DNA of 24,000 bases from positions 343 through 24,342 of the forward strand of contig CAYURR010000005.1 of the NCBI GenBank assembly GCA_964446745.1. The letters are read 5' to 3'. Below the pieces are notes generated by a model that worked only from the letters and a program-made list of their open reading frames with translations, had not been told where the DNA came from and did no database searches. This document shows positions 1 through 8,108 of this stretch, in pieces. Made by a program: the position numbers and the translations under genes. The DNA comes from an uncultured Defluviitaleaceae bacterium. GTDB lineage: Bacteria > Bacillota > Clostridia > Lachnospirales > WQUN01. Numbering within the stretch: the first letter of the stretch is position 1; each line of letters starts with the position of its first letter.

Positions 1-83
1 ATAAAGCCGATAAGGTAAAACACAACAAAACCTAAAATAATCAGGCCGGCGCCCTTTGGTGAGTAGTCTTTGCCTTTGTCCAT
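1..83 (-). CDS. 5' end of a small hydrophobic (membrane) protein, truncated by the window edge
   Basis: ATG at 83-81 has an AAGGAGAA SD 8 nt upstream. It translates MDKGKDYSPKGAGLIILGFVVFYLIGF... and stays open to position 1. It lies directly downstream of the kinase gene on the same strand. The ORF track omits it because it leaves the window. Confidence 0.35.
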   Translation of the reverse strand, partial: MDKGKDYSPKGAGLIILGFVVFYLIGF

Positions 84-95
84 ACATCTGATTCT

Positions 96-132
96 CCTTA
101 TATAATTTATTTGTAGGTGTAATTATATAAGG
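96..132. repeat. Perfect 12-nt inverted repeat CCTTATATAATT-N13-AATTATATAAGG
   Basis: Read directly: 96-107 is the exact reverse complement of 121-132. On the minus strand the arm at 96-107 contains the SD (AAGGAG) of the gene starting at 83. Both arms carry TATAAT-like hexamers. Confidence 0.6.
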
Positions 133-167
133 ATGTGGGTTTTAGATGGAAATTTGTGTCTGAATGT

Positions 168-1490
168 TCAATTTTCGTCCGAAAGTGCGGTTTTATATCC
201 GGTCATCATAACTGCTGCCTTGAACCAATTGTTTTCATAAGCATTGCTTACTGTGCCGTGATACTTTTCTGCAACGCGTCGAATGCTTATCATTCCGATC
301 GCATGGTGTTCTTTGTCTTTTTTGGTGCTTAGAAAAACGCCGTTTTGGACTATAGGGGCAATTGAATAGCCATTTTCAAGCATTATCATGAGTATGCTGC
401 CCTTACGTTTTATCTCCAATTTTACAAGCCTCAAACCTTCACTATCGGCCATGGAAGCGGCTTCAATGGCGTTATCCAATAAGTTACCCAGTAAAGCGCA
501 AATGTCCAGCTTGTTTACAATCAAATCATTATTTATAAAACCATCCACGGAAAACGTTACATTTTGCTGATACGCTTCCAGTGCCTTTTGGTTGATAACA
601 GCGTTTGCGCTTTCGTTTCCTACATCCACTATAGACGATGCTGCCAGCTGATTTTCATATTCTTTGATACTGCGAAGTGCGTTGTCATCATTCTTTTCGG
701 CAGCTAAAAGCCGCCATTGTATCAAGCTGTGTTTTAAATCGTGGCTTAGTATTTTTATTCGTTCATCAGATGCTTGTTTTTGCAGTAGAAACTTTTCCAT
801 CATTTCATTTTTAGCGGCCAAAAGGTTAGCCTCGTTGGCCAAGTAGAAGTACTTGCATATAAAATAGTAAATAAAATATAACAGTAACCAAACGATAAGC
901 AATCCCAAGATGAACACAACTGTATAACTATCTCGTTTGGATTCATCAAACCAAATATCGAGTGTAAAAATGAACGTGCCAAATAAAAAGATGATTAAGG
1001 CTACAACAAGGCATCCTGACCAATATTTTTTCGGAAGATATTTTTTACCATTAGAATCAAAATGTATAACGACCAGAGCCAGAAGTCCATAAATAATATT
1101 GGCAAGTATTGCACTTAATAAAAATGATATAGGATGAAAATACTCTTTGGTGTTCCAAACCATGTTATATGAAACTATCGACATGCTAATTAAATTAGCA
1201 AATTGAGTCATTATGCAACTCATAATACCGAAGAAAATACGTTCTTTTATACGCCCGCCCATAAATAATACAGGATAAATAATAATCACAATGAAGAGCG
1301 AAACAATATTAAAATTGCCCATAAACAAAAGCATAGATGATAGCACAGCTAAAACAAGAATGATACCAACAAGATATACTTTCTTGATTTTTGGCTTTAA
1401 GCCGATAGTTTTGTAATAGAATAACGTCGAGAGACAGCCGTTTGTGAAGCAGCTGAGCAATAATGTGGATATAATAAATGTATCGTTCAT
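168..1490 (-). CDS. Sensor histidine kinase, AgrC/ComD-like (HPK10, GHKL ATPase), polytopic N-terminal sensor
   Basis: 440-aa ORF. The N-terminal ~200 aa contain about 6 hydrophobic segments. H-box ILSHDLKHSL, N-box GNLLDNAIEA, G-box region HHAIGMISIRRVAEKYHG. It starts 4 nt after the stop of the LytTR regulator gene. Confidence 0.9.
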   Translation of the reverse strand: MNDTFIISTLLLSCFTNGCLSTLFYYKTIGLKPKIKKVYLVGIILVLAVLSSMLLFMGNFNIVSLFIVIIIYPVLFMGGRIKERIFFGIMSCIMTQFANLISMSIVSYNMVWNTKEYFHPISFLLSAILANIIYGLLALVVIHFDSNGKKYLPKKYWSGCLVVALIIFLFGTFIFTLDIWFDESKRDSYTVVFILGLLIVWLLLYFIYYFICKYFYLANEANLLAAKNEMMEKFLLQKQASDERIKILSHDLKHSLIQWRLLAAEKNDDNALRSIKEYENQLAASSIVDVGNESANAVINQKALEAYQQNVTFSVDGFINNDLIVNKLDICALLGNLLDNAIEAASMADSEGLRLVKLEIKRKGSILMIMLENGYSIAPIVQNGVFLSTKKDKEHHAIGMISIRRVAEKYHGTVSNAYENNWFKAAVMMTGYKTALSDEN

Positions 1491-1494
1491 ATTT

Positions 1495-2244
1495 TTATAT
1501 ATGCTCCTGCAAGAATAATAGATATTTATCCCTTGACACCTTTTTCACCTCGCGTTTTATACCCAGAGGCACACGCGCCCCGCCGGTCAGTATAAAATAG
1601 TCATCATCCAGTTCCTGAACATGATTAAAATTTACTATGAAATTGCGCATCAGAGGGTAGAAATTGGCGAAGTCAAGCATTTGCCCATACTCGGATAATG
1701 GTTTTACGAGCAGTTCGTATTCGGAGACAACGGTCTTTAATATTACTCTTCTGTTCTTTTCTCTTTTTAAATAAAGTATGTTGTCTTTCTGAATGGTTAG
1801 ATCATCCAGAACACCGGAGTTTCTATATTTAAACGTAACATTTTCTGAACCGCTGGCTGAGTTGGCCAGCTTTTTTAGTATACTGGATACAGCCTCAGTG
1901 ATCTCAGTTTCCAGATTATTTTTGAAAATATACCGGTAGGCACCATATAAATATCCCTCTCGAGACTGATGCTCCATTAACGTTGTAAACAGTAATAGAA
2001 ATCCTGTATTTATCTCTTGAAGCCTTGCTGCTACTTGAAACCCGCTCACATCAGGCATCTCAACATCCAGGAATATAATTTGATATAACTGCTTACCTTT
2101 TTCAATATGATCGATCAAGGCTTTTCCGCTTGCATACTTATGAATATCTGCTGCTTGTCCTCTGTCAGAAAATTCTTTATACAGTATGCGTTCAAATGTA
2201 TCCAAAAAATGGATATCATCATCACAGATGGCTATTTTAAACAT
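1495..2244 (-). CDS. LytTR-family response regulator (receiver domain plus LytTR DNA-binding domain)
   Basis: Receiver motifs IAICDDD and IIFLDVEMPDVSGF. The C-terminal LytTR pattern reads ILYLKREKNRRVILKT...FYPLMRNFIVNFNHV. The ORF track starts at 2250, but GAAGG abuts that ATG and sits 6 nt before the ATG at 2244, so 2244 is preferred. Confidence 0.9.
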   Translation of the reverse strand: MFKIAICDDDIHFLDTFERILYKEFSDRGQAADIHKYASGKALIDHIEKGKQLYQIIFLDVEMPDVSGFQVAARLQEINTGFLLLFTTLMEHQSREGYLYGAYRYIFKNNLETEITEAVSSILKKLANSASGSENVTFKYRNSGVLDDLTIQKDNILYLKREKNRRVILKTVVSEYELLVKPLSEYGQMLDFANFYPLMRNFIVNFNHVQELDDDYFILTGGARVPLGIKREVKKVSRDKYLLFLQEHI

Positions 2245-2318
2245 ATACATCCTTCTTTTAAGAATCTATACTTTGTTATATAAATATATACTATCGCATA
2301 TAGCAAAGTAAATATATA

Positions 2319-3098
2319 TTAAGTATCGCAATCATCTGCGCAAGCGCAATATATATTTATGGCAGTTGAAACATATTGAGCAAGATTACCTTGTCCGAAC
2401 CGATTGATAAACGCAGTAAAGCGTTCGTCGCTTATATATAGCTCACCTAAATAACTAAGCATTTTCTTGTCACAGTAATAAAAATGCTCCGATATATACA
2501 TTTGCCATTGCCTTACTAAATTCTGAACCTCTCTGCACTCAGGAGGGTTATGCTGATACATTGCAATAGATTCAAAAAAGGATTGTGCGGTAGATAACAT
2601 ATTTTCAAGCTGTTCCTGCTGTTTTTTGAGGCTGCTTTTGGAGTGAAGAGCTTCAAATTCATTGTAACTATCCGTTTTACCCCATCGCTGAATAATTTCT
2701 TCTCTAAACTGGGCTTGCAAATCCAATATCTTTGAATTAGAAAACATATCAAATGAAAAATTATCCGAACCTTCAATTTCTTTATGAATAAGATCAATTA
2801 GGCCATCTAACCGTTCCCTTTGAGCTTGCAGTATGTGAAGATGATTTTTTAAAGCCTCCCGGCGATTATAGGCTGCGCTGTTTATTAACTGTTTAATCTC
2901 CTTTAAGGCAAAACCAACCTCACGAAAAAACAGGATTTCTTGTAGGCGGCATAAATCTGCTTCGGTATATAATCTGTATTTTGCGTCTGTGACGATAGAC
3001 GGCTTTAAAAGACCGATCTCGTCGTAATAATGCAAGGTCCTGATTGTTATACCTGTTAAATTAGCTACTTCATGCACGGCTAAACGTTTTTCATTCAT
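2319..3098 (-). CDS. MerR-family transcriptional activator with a TipAS antibiotic-recognition domain (Mta/TipAL-like)
   Basis: N-terminal MerR HTH (VHEVANLTGITIRTLHYYDEIGLLKPS) and a coiled-coil linker. The C-terminal TipAS pattern reads QRWGKTDSY...CREVQNLVRQWQMYISEHFYYCDKKMLSYLGELYISDERF. The likely start is the ATG at 3098 (MNEKRL), which overlaps the upstream gene's stop as ATGAATGA. Confidence 0.9.
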   Translation of the reverse strand: MNEKRLAVHEVANLTGITIRTLHYYDEIGLLKPSIVTDAKYRLYTEADLCRLQEILFFREVGFALKEIKQLINSAAYNRREALKNHLHILQAQRERLDGLIDLIHKEIEGSDNFSFDMFSNSKILDLQAQFREEIIQRWGKTDSYNEFEALHSKSSLKKQQEQLENMLSTAQSFFESIAMYQHNPPECREVQNLVRQWQMYISEHFYYCDKKMLSYLGELYISDERFTAFINRFGQGNLAQYVSTAINIYCACADDCDT

Positions 3099-4002
3099 TC
3101 CAAAAATCCTCTGTCGCATCTAAAATTTCTTTGGCCGGATGCAATGTGGCTTCGACAATATTTATACCCGTCTTTTTCAAGTAGTGTTTCACTAAGTGAT
3201 ACCCGCAAGCATAGCCGGCACAATACGGTAATCCTACCGGCTCGTAATTCTGCATCACTGCCATCTGATCACCATAGAGATATGCGGTTATGTTTTCAAG
3301 TCCCTGTACATCCAGGCTTTTATATATTATTGGCTTGATATGACCGTTTAAGGATTCTATTGTTGTCTTTGAAACCCATGGCCCGACCTTTTCCTCTCCA
3401 TATAAATAAGCGGCAAAATTTTCCGCAAGCCCTTCATTTACTATCATTTCAGCAAGCGTGATGTCGTTTCTCCATTTAATAAACTGGAAGCGAACGTTAT
3501 GGTTGGTTTCATGGGCGAGTGCTACCGGTAATTGGCTTATTGTATAATCGTTTGGCACAAGCCAACAAAAAATATATCCGGGAATACCGCCGTCACCGCA
3601 GTAACCATCATTCAATATAGTATAAGGGCTTTCAGCATTAGCAAGCAAAATAGTAAACAGATACTCTTGAACAGGAAGTTCAATGCCATGTGCCGTAAAA
3701 CAGTCTAGCGACTTTTTTATAGACAGCTCGCATTTATCCCATAGCTCGTTTGATGATATTTGCTCAATGTTTACGCTTTGTGTTTCATCCACTTTTGCGG
3801 GGGCTAAATGACCGAGCATGGAGCTCGCCATGATGACATCGTACCCATTGGGGGTGGCTGCTTTCATTGGTATATGATAACAAGCAAATTTCTTTTCAAA
3901 CGGCATCATCAGCTCATAACGGTAGATATCATTTCTCTTTTCAAATGGGGCAGCCATCATTTTTGAATAAACCCCATCTGAACGTATTGCGTTTATCTTC
4001 AT
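3091..4002 (-). CDS. HExxH putative Zn-dependent protease-like protein (DUF2268-like)
   Basis: 303-aa ORF with the metalloprotease motif HETNH (LAHETNHNVRF) followed by GLAENFAAYLYGEE. No signal peptide. Its 3' end overlaps the MerR start by 8 nt, which suggests translational coupling. The DUF2268 family name is from memory and was not searched. Confidence 0.6.
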   Translation of the reverse strand: MKINAIRSDGVYSKMMAAPFEKRNDIYRYELMMPFEKKFACYHIPMKAATPNGYDVIMASSMLGHLAPAKVDETQSVNIEQISSNELWDKCELSIKKSLDCFTAHGIELPVQEYLFTILLANAESPYTILNDGYCGDGGIPGYIFCWLVPNDYTISQLPVALAHETNHNVRFQFIKWRNDITLAEMIVNEGLAENFAAYLYGEEKVGPWVSKTTIESLNGHIKPIIYKSLDVQGLENITAYLYGDQMAVMQNYEPVGLPYCAGYACGYHLVKHYLKKTGINIVEATLHPAKEILDATEDFWNE

Positions 4003-4027
4003 ATGGTTTACACCTCTCTTTTTCTTT

Positions 4028-4058
4028 ATTGTACACTATGACGTAACGTGATAGTCAA
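4028..4058 (-). promoter_or_regulatory. MerR-type promoter with a 19-bp spacer and an internal dyad operator, driving the DUF2268-like/MerR operon
   Basis: Minus strand reads TTGACT (4058-4053), then the 19-nt spacer ATCACGTTACGTCATAGTG, then TACAAT (4033-4028). Across the -35 and spacer lies the near-perfect dyad ACTATCACGT-T-ACGTCATAGT, with one mismatch per arm. A 19-bp spacer with a central palindrome is the established MerR-family promoter architecture. Confidence 0.65.
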
Positions 4059-4069
4059 GATCTATAGTA

Positions 4070-4098
4070 TTGACATATATAATAAGTATACGTATAAT
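4070..4098 (+). promoter_or_regulatory. Consensus sigma-A/sigma-70 promoter for the SRPBCC-MarR operon
   Basis: TTGACA (4070-4075), a 17-nt spacer, then TATAAT (4093-4098), both perfect hexamers. It lies 52 nt upstream of the ATG at 4151 and back-to-back with the divergent MerR-type promoter. Confidence 0.65.
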
Positions 4099-4150
4099 AG
4101 GCCTCGTCACATAGATAGACAAATCAAAAACACAAGAAAGAGGTAAATTT

Positions 4151-4561
4151 ATGGAATTCAGTTTCAAGGTGAGGGTTAATGCAGCGAAGGAAAAAATATG
4201 GCAATATTATGAGGATATTCAAAAATGGTACACATGGGAGGCGGATTTAGAGGATATTACATTAGATGGCGGCTTTCAGACGGGTTCAACAGGAAAAATG
4301 AAGCTGGCCGGTATGCCTGCTTTGGATTATACGTTAACGAGTGTTGTAGAAAACAAGGAGTTCTGCGACAAAACAGTCACGCCGATTGGGGAACTGTATT
4401 TCAACCATCAGATTATAGAGGAAGGTTTGGGGACTTATATTCAGCATAGCGTTCGATTGGATACGGAAGATGTAACGACCGAAAAGCTCGGATTTTTAAA
4501 GCAAGTCTTTGCCGACGTACCGGATTCCATGATGCTGCTTAAAAGGGAAGTAGAAAAATGA
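4151..4561 (+). CDS. SRPBCC-superfamily (START/polyketide-cyclase-like) ligand-binding protein
   Basis: 136 aa. The N-terminus FKVRVNAAKEKIWQYYEDIQKWYTW and the size are typical of SRPBCC/AHSA1-like small proteins. SD AGAAAGAGG lies upstream. The stop overlaps the MarR start as ATGA. Confidence 0.7.
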   Translation: MEFSFKVRVNAAKEKIWQYYEDIQKWYTWEADLEDITLDGGFQTGSTGKMKLAGMPALDYTLTSVVENKEFCDKTVTPIGELYFNHQIIEEGLGTYIQHSVRLDTEDVTTEKLGFLKQVFADVPDSMMLLKREVEK

Positions 4562-5016
4562 TCCCTTTTCCATCAAAAGACAAAGATAACTCTGAAGCAT
4601 CTACGGGCTTGGTATTCATGCGAACCTATAACAAGTGGCATGGGGAAATCAAACGCCGTTTAAAGGGCATAGGCATAACTCACCCGCAATTTGTTGTACT
4701 AACCACCTTGGGCTATTTGGCGCAGTTTCACTATGAGATAACACAGGTCATGATCGCTTCTATGGCGGGCATGGATGTGATGTCCGTATCACAGATCTTT
4801 GTGCTTATAGAGAAGAAAGGCTGGGTAGAGCGAAAGCCGCATTCCAAAGATACTCGGGCAAATTCTGTGTTTTTGACACAGGCGGGCTTGGAAAAAATGG
4901 TACAAGCTTTGCCCATAGTAGAAGAGGTAGACGTCATTTTTTTTGGTTCGTTAGGGCACAAGGAACAGGACTTTAGGCATTATTTGGACATGTTAGTAAA
5001 GTACAAGTTTGAATGA
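4558..5016 (+). CDS. MarR-family transcriptional regulator
   Basis: 152 aa. Winged-helix region ITHPQFVVLTTLGYL...ITQVMIASMAGMDVMSVSQIFVLIEKKGWVERKPHSKDTRANSVFLT. A 4-nt ATGA overlap with the SRPBCC gene. Confidence 0.85.
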   Translation: MIPFPSKDKDNSEASTGLVFMRTYNKWHGEIKRRLKGIGITHPQFVVLTTLGYLAQFHYEITQVMIASMAGMDVMSVSQIFVLIEKKGWVERKPHSKDTRANSVFLTQAGLEKMVQALPIVEEVDVIFFGSLGHKEQDFRHYLDMLVKYKFE

Positions 5017-5039
5017 ACTAAAGATGAGGAGATAACAAA

Positions 5040-5593
5040 ATGCTTAAACTAAATCGGGAACAAATAAAATCATTGGTGCCGCTTTATTAAGACCATATCT
5101 CCCAAGAACTTGAATACGCATACAGGGGAGAGGCTCCATTTGGACCAGTGAAAATAGATGTATATGCAGATAACATTACTAAACCGAATACGATGCTTCT
5201 AATTGACGGCTTTGCGGGGACAGCCCTGTATGGCGATGCGCAAAACAATGAAACCAACCAAGAAATCAGAAAAATATTACTGGTTTATACATTTCAAAAA
5301 TATATAGGCTGACAGGAAAAAGTCCCAAGCGGATATAACATGATTATGGTGGATAGATCATCATATGAATCCATAAAGAGCCATTACCCTAATTTTTCAT
5401 GGAAACCGGAAGGCAATAAGTTTGGATGGTTTTTACTCAAAGACGGCGCGGTAGTGAGCGAATGCACTTCCGTATGTATTTGATTCCCGTTTGGTGATGC
5501 TGGGACTTCAAGGAGGGCTCAAAAGAATTGGCGAAAAAGTTAGGTTTTGAGATAGTCGAGAAACGACGGCCGATATTTCTAAAGAAAAAATAG
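5040..5593 (+). pseudogene. Decayed GNAT-family (PF12746-like) N-acetyltransferase
   Basis: A good SD (GAGGAG) precedes the ATG at 5040, giving MLKLNREQIKSLVPLY. An in-frame TAA follows at 5088. The same frame then reads DHISQELEYAYRGEAPFGPVKIDVYADNITKPNTMLLIDGFAGTALYGD and stops at 5308. Further fragments sit in other frames: FGWFLLKDGAVVSECTSV, and the C-terminal AKKLGFEIVEKRRPIFLKKK ending at 5593. The catalytic core between them is missing or frameshifted. Confidence 0.6.
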
Positions 5594-5635
5594 TAGTCAT
5601 AGCAAATAAGTATTGAGGGGAGTGCTTTATATATT

Positions 5636-7537
5636 ATGAGTTTTAGCAAAACCACGAAGCGGATATTTATTGTTTCTCTTATCAGTATCGTGATTTTAGT
5701 TTTCATCGGGTGTATAGTCACATACATAAAAAATCAACCGGGCGAAAATAAGTCCGAAGCCGTGAATAGTATAGAGACAATCATAAACACAGAAAGCGCG
5801 GAAGTAAAAGTAGATGAGTTTATATATGGAACTTGGGTGGTAAATAATTTTTTGGGTTTTGATGCTATTACTAAGGATGATGCGGAATGGCCGGACGGTG
5901 AAAAGATTGTCGGTAAGACTGTTATCATTGGCAATGAACTGTTTTCCACAAAAGACTTTGGCGATGAATACGATAAATATGCCGTTGAAATCGAAAATCC
6001 GTCATATAGAATAGGAGAGGTGTTGACAGGCGAAGCATTTTCGCTGCGTGTATCGCAGTCAACGGCGGATCAATCCATCTCAAAGCTGAGCAATGAAGCT
6101 ATTACATTAATAAACGCGCTATCATCTGACACTCAGATATCTGGTCCGGCGTTATATATGATCGATAATAATCGGCTATTGATTTCGCTAAACTGCGATT
6201 ATTTTGAGCTTGAAAGGCTGCCGATGGGCACAGTTGCTGCCAGTGGAATCGAAACGCTCATAGCCCCGACATTTGAGTTTGACAATGTATTGAGTTTTTC
6301 GGGTGACGGGTTTGCGAATGTAGTAAAGGACGGAAAATGGGGAGTCGTAAATGCGGATGGAAAATTGGTTCTGGAGACTGTTTACGAATATACTCCCGGA
6401 GAGGTATATGAAGGGTTTTTTAATGGGCTTACTGTGGTTATGCAGAATGGAAAATACGGATTTGTAAATGAAGAAGGTAATATAGTTATACCTCTGGCAT
6501 ATGATTATTGCAGCAATTTTAAAAATGGTTTCGCCGATGTGCGTAAGGACGGAAAGTATGGCGTAATTGATACCAATGGCACTGTGCTTGTACCAATTGA
6601 ATATCAATCACTAAGTCTTTTACCAACAAGCTTAGCCATTGCGGCAAAGGACGTTAAGTGTGGCGTAATCGATATGACAGGGAATGAGGTTGTACCCTTT
6701 ATTTACGATAATATTTCTGCACTCCCATTTGATTCAAACTACTATAACCATCTCTTTGCCATCTGGCAAAACGGTAAGGCTGCCCTGGCGGATATAGACG
6801 GGAATCCATTAACGGACTTTGTTTACGAGCACATAGACTTTTTCTCTGAAGAACGTGCACTTGTAAGAAAAGAAGATGGTAAATGGGGATATATTGACAA
6901 AAATGGCGTCGAGATTATCCCGGCGGTTTATGAGAAGGCTTCGCAGTTCTATCATGGTCTTGCCAGCGTAACTGAGGATGGCGTGGATAGTTTTATTGAT
7001 ACAACCGGAACGGTCTCATTTGTAGGTAATGCATTGGGATTTTATGATAGTTATAATCTTGCCCTACGAAGTGACGACAATGGCAAATGGGGAGCCATAG
7101 ACCGTACCGGAAAGCTTGTCGTCCCCATTGAATATGACGATATAAATATCTATGACGAAGTGCTTATATGGGTCAATGACAGGACAGAACAGCGTTCCGG
7201 TTATTATGACAAGGATGGTAACATCGTTGTGCCCTTGAGGCAGAATAGCACCGGAAAAGGCAGTAAACCTGCCGAAGGATTGATAGGGATTGAAAAAGAT
7301 AATAAATGTGGCTATGTAGACTATGCCGGTAATAGCGTTGTTGAATTTGAGTATGATGCTGTGGGCGAATTCAATGGTGGGTTTGCTCCGGTGCAAAAGG
7401 ATGATGTATGGGGCTATATAGACAAATCCGGGCAATACGTCGTTATGCCTGAATATGATCAGGCACAAAGCTTTTCAAATGGGTGGGCTTGGGTTCAAAA
7501 AGATGGTAAATGGGGTATATTGAGGATAATACAATAA
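5636..7537 (+). CDS. Membrane-anchored WG-repeat (KWG) protein
   Basis: 633 aa. The N-terminal TM/signal anchor is IFIVSLISIVILVFIGCIV. About 12 tandem repeats of ~35-40 aa follow, of the type (D)GKWG(V/Y)(I/V)(D/N)xxGxxV(I/V)PxxY(D/E), for example KWGVVNADGKLVLETVYE, KYGFVNEEGNIVIPLAYD and KWGYIDKNGVEIIPAVYE. Confidence 0.85.
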   Translation: MSFSKTTKRIFIVSLISIVILVFIGCIVTYIKNQPGENKSEAVNSIETIINTESAEVKVDEFIYGTWVVNNFLGFDAITKDDAEWPDGEKIVGKTVIIGNELFSTKDFGDEYDKYAVEIENPSYRIGEVLTGEAFSLRVSQSTADQSISKLSNEAITLINALSSDTQISGPALYMIDNNRLLISLNCDYFELERLPMGTVAASGIETLIAPTFEFDNVLSFSGDGFANVVKDGKWGVVNADGKLVLETVYEYTPGEVYEGFFNGLTVVMQNGKYGFVNEEGNIVIPLAYDYCSNFKNGFADVRKDGKYGVIDTNGTVLVPIEYQSLSLLPTSLAIAAKDVKCGVIDMTGNEVVPFIYDNISALPFDSNYYNHLFAIWQNGKAALADIDGNPLTDFVYEHIDFFSEERALVRKEDGKWGYIDKNGVEIIPAVYEKASQFYHGLASVTEDGVDSFIDTTGTVSFVGNALGFYDSYNLALRSDDNGKWGAIDRTGKLVVPIEYDDINIYDEVLIWVNDRTEQRSGYYDKDGNIVVPLRQNSTGKGSKPAEGLIGIEKDNKCGYVDYAGNSVVEFEYDAVGEFNGGFAPVQKDDVWGYIDKSGQYVVMPEYDQAQSFSNGWAWVQKDGKWGILRIIQ

Positions 7538-7540
7538 AGA

Positions 7541-7580
7541 AAAGCACAGGGAGCGTTAATGCCCTCTGTGCTTTTCTTTG
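7541..7580. terminator. Bidirectional intrinsic terminator between convergent genes
   Basis: The stem pairs 7541-7554 (AAAGCACAGGGAGC) with 7561-7574 (GCCCTCTGTGCTTT): 13 pairs with one mismatch and one G-U. The loop is GTTAAT. T-rich runs follow on both strands (TTTTCTTTG on plus, TTTTCTTTATTG on minus). The DUF2992 stop (7558-7556) lies in the loop. Confidence 0.6.
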
Positions 7581-7975
7581 CGTTTCTCTTGACGCAATTC
7601 AAACTGCCGTTGCTTTTCTTCTTCTCGTTGTTTACGAGAACGAGATTTTCGTTCAAGTTTTCCTTGTTCCTTCTGAAGCTGTAGCGCTTGTTGTGCTTTT
7701 GTACCTATACCGGTATTTACTATCTGCTTGTTTATTAAACGCTGCATTCGCTTTGGGTTTATACGCTTTGGCGCTGTTGCAGCCATTTCAATGGATGGAC
7801 TAAACCTAAATCTACTCCAATTGGCCAGCAAGAAGTCACAGACCTCATAATCCTTTGGCTCGGCTCCGAATGTGATTTTACAAACCTCATATAGCCCATT
7901 ATACTCACGCTCATAAAGACCTATCCAAAATACGGAATTAAACAGAATAGTAAGCTTAGCTACAGTTGTACCCAT
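7556..7975 (-). CDS. yjdF: DUF2992/YjdF-family protein
   Basis: 139 aa. The N-terminal half reads LTILFNSVFWIGLYEREYNGLYEVCKITFGAEPKDYEVCDFLL...RFSP...KRINPKRMQR, followed by a Lys/Arg/Glu-rich tail. This matches the B. subtilis YjdF family pattern as remembered. The SD AAAGGAGGGG lies 6 nt upstream. Confidence 0.8.
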   Translation of the reverse strand: MGTTVAKLTILFNSVFWIGLYEREYNGLYEVCKITFGAEPKDYEVCDFLLANWSRFRFSPSIEMAATAPKRINPKRMQRLINKQIVNTGIGTKAQQALQLQKEQGKLERKSRSRKQREEEKQRQFELRQEKRKEKHRGH

Positions 7976-8093
7976 GGAAAACCCCTCCTTTAATGTTCTG
8001 ATTGCAAAGAAGGGACAACCAAAGGAGGCAGGTTACTGACAACATCTCTGTTGCTCCCGGACTACCTACCGGGACGTGTTTTTATCTTTGCAT
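7976..8093 (-). promoter_or_regulatory. Structured 5' leader: candidate yjdF-class (azaaromatic) riboswitch with an anti-SD element
   Basis: Minus-strand leader. The closing helix pairs UGCAAAGA (8093-8086) with UCUUUGCA (8011-8004). It encloses the hairpins UCCCGG-N8-CCGGGA and CAACA-GAGA-UGUUG (a GNRA loop), plus AACC-N10-GGUU. The loop of the last hairpin contains CCUCCUUU (8029-8022), a perfect complement of the SD AAAGGAGG (7992-7985). The context, directly upstream of a DUF2992/yjdF gene, is where the yjdF motif is known to occur. Confidence 0.5.
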
Positions 8094-8108
8094 CTTGCTA
8101 CAACAAAA

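Noticed and set aside
5437-7803. ORFs 5437-5727(-), 5734-5949(-), 6188-6607(-), 7064-7468(-) and 7510-7803(+)
   Set aside because: They are antisense to the WG-repeat gene, the pseudogene or the DUF2992 gene. They have no SD and no recognisable domains, and the sense-strand genes have strong repeat or family signatures.
8022-8029. AAAGGAGG on the plus strand, which looks like a strong RBS
   Set aside because: No start codon or ORF follows it on the plus strand. It is better explained as the complement of the anti-SD segment of the minus-strand yjdF leader.
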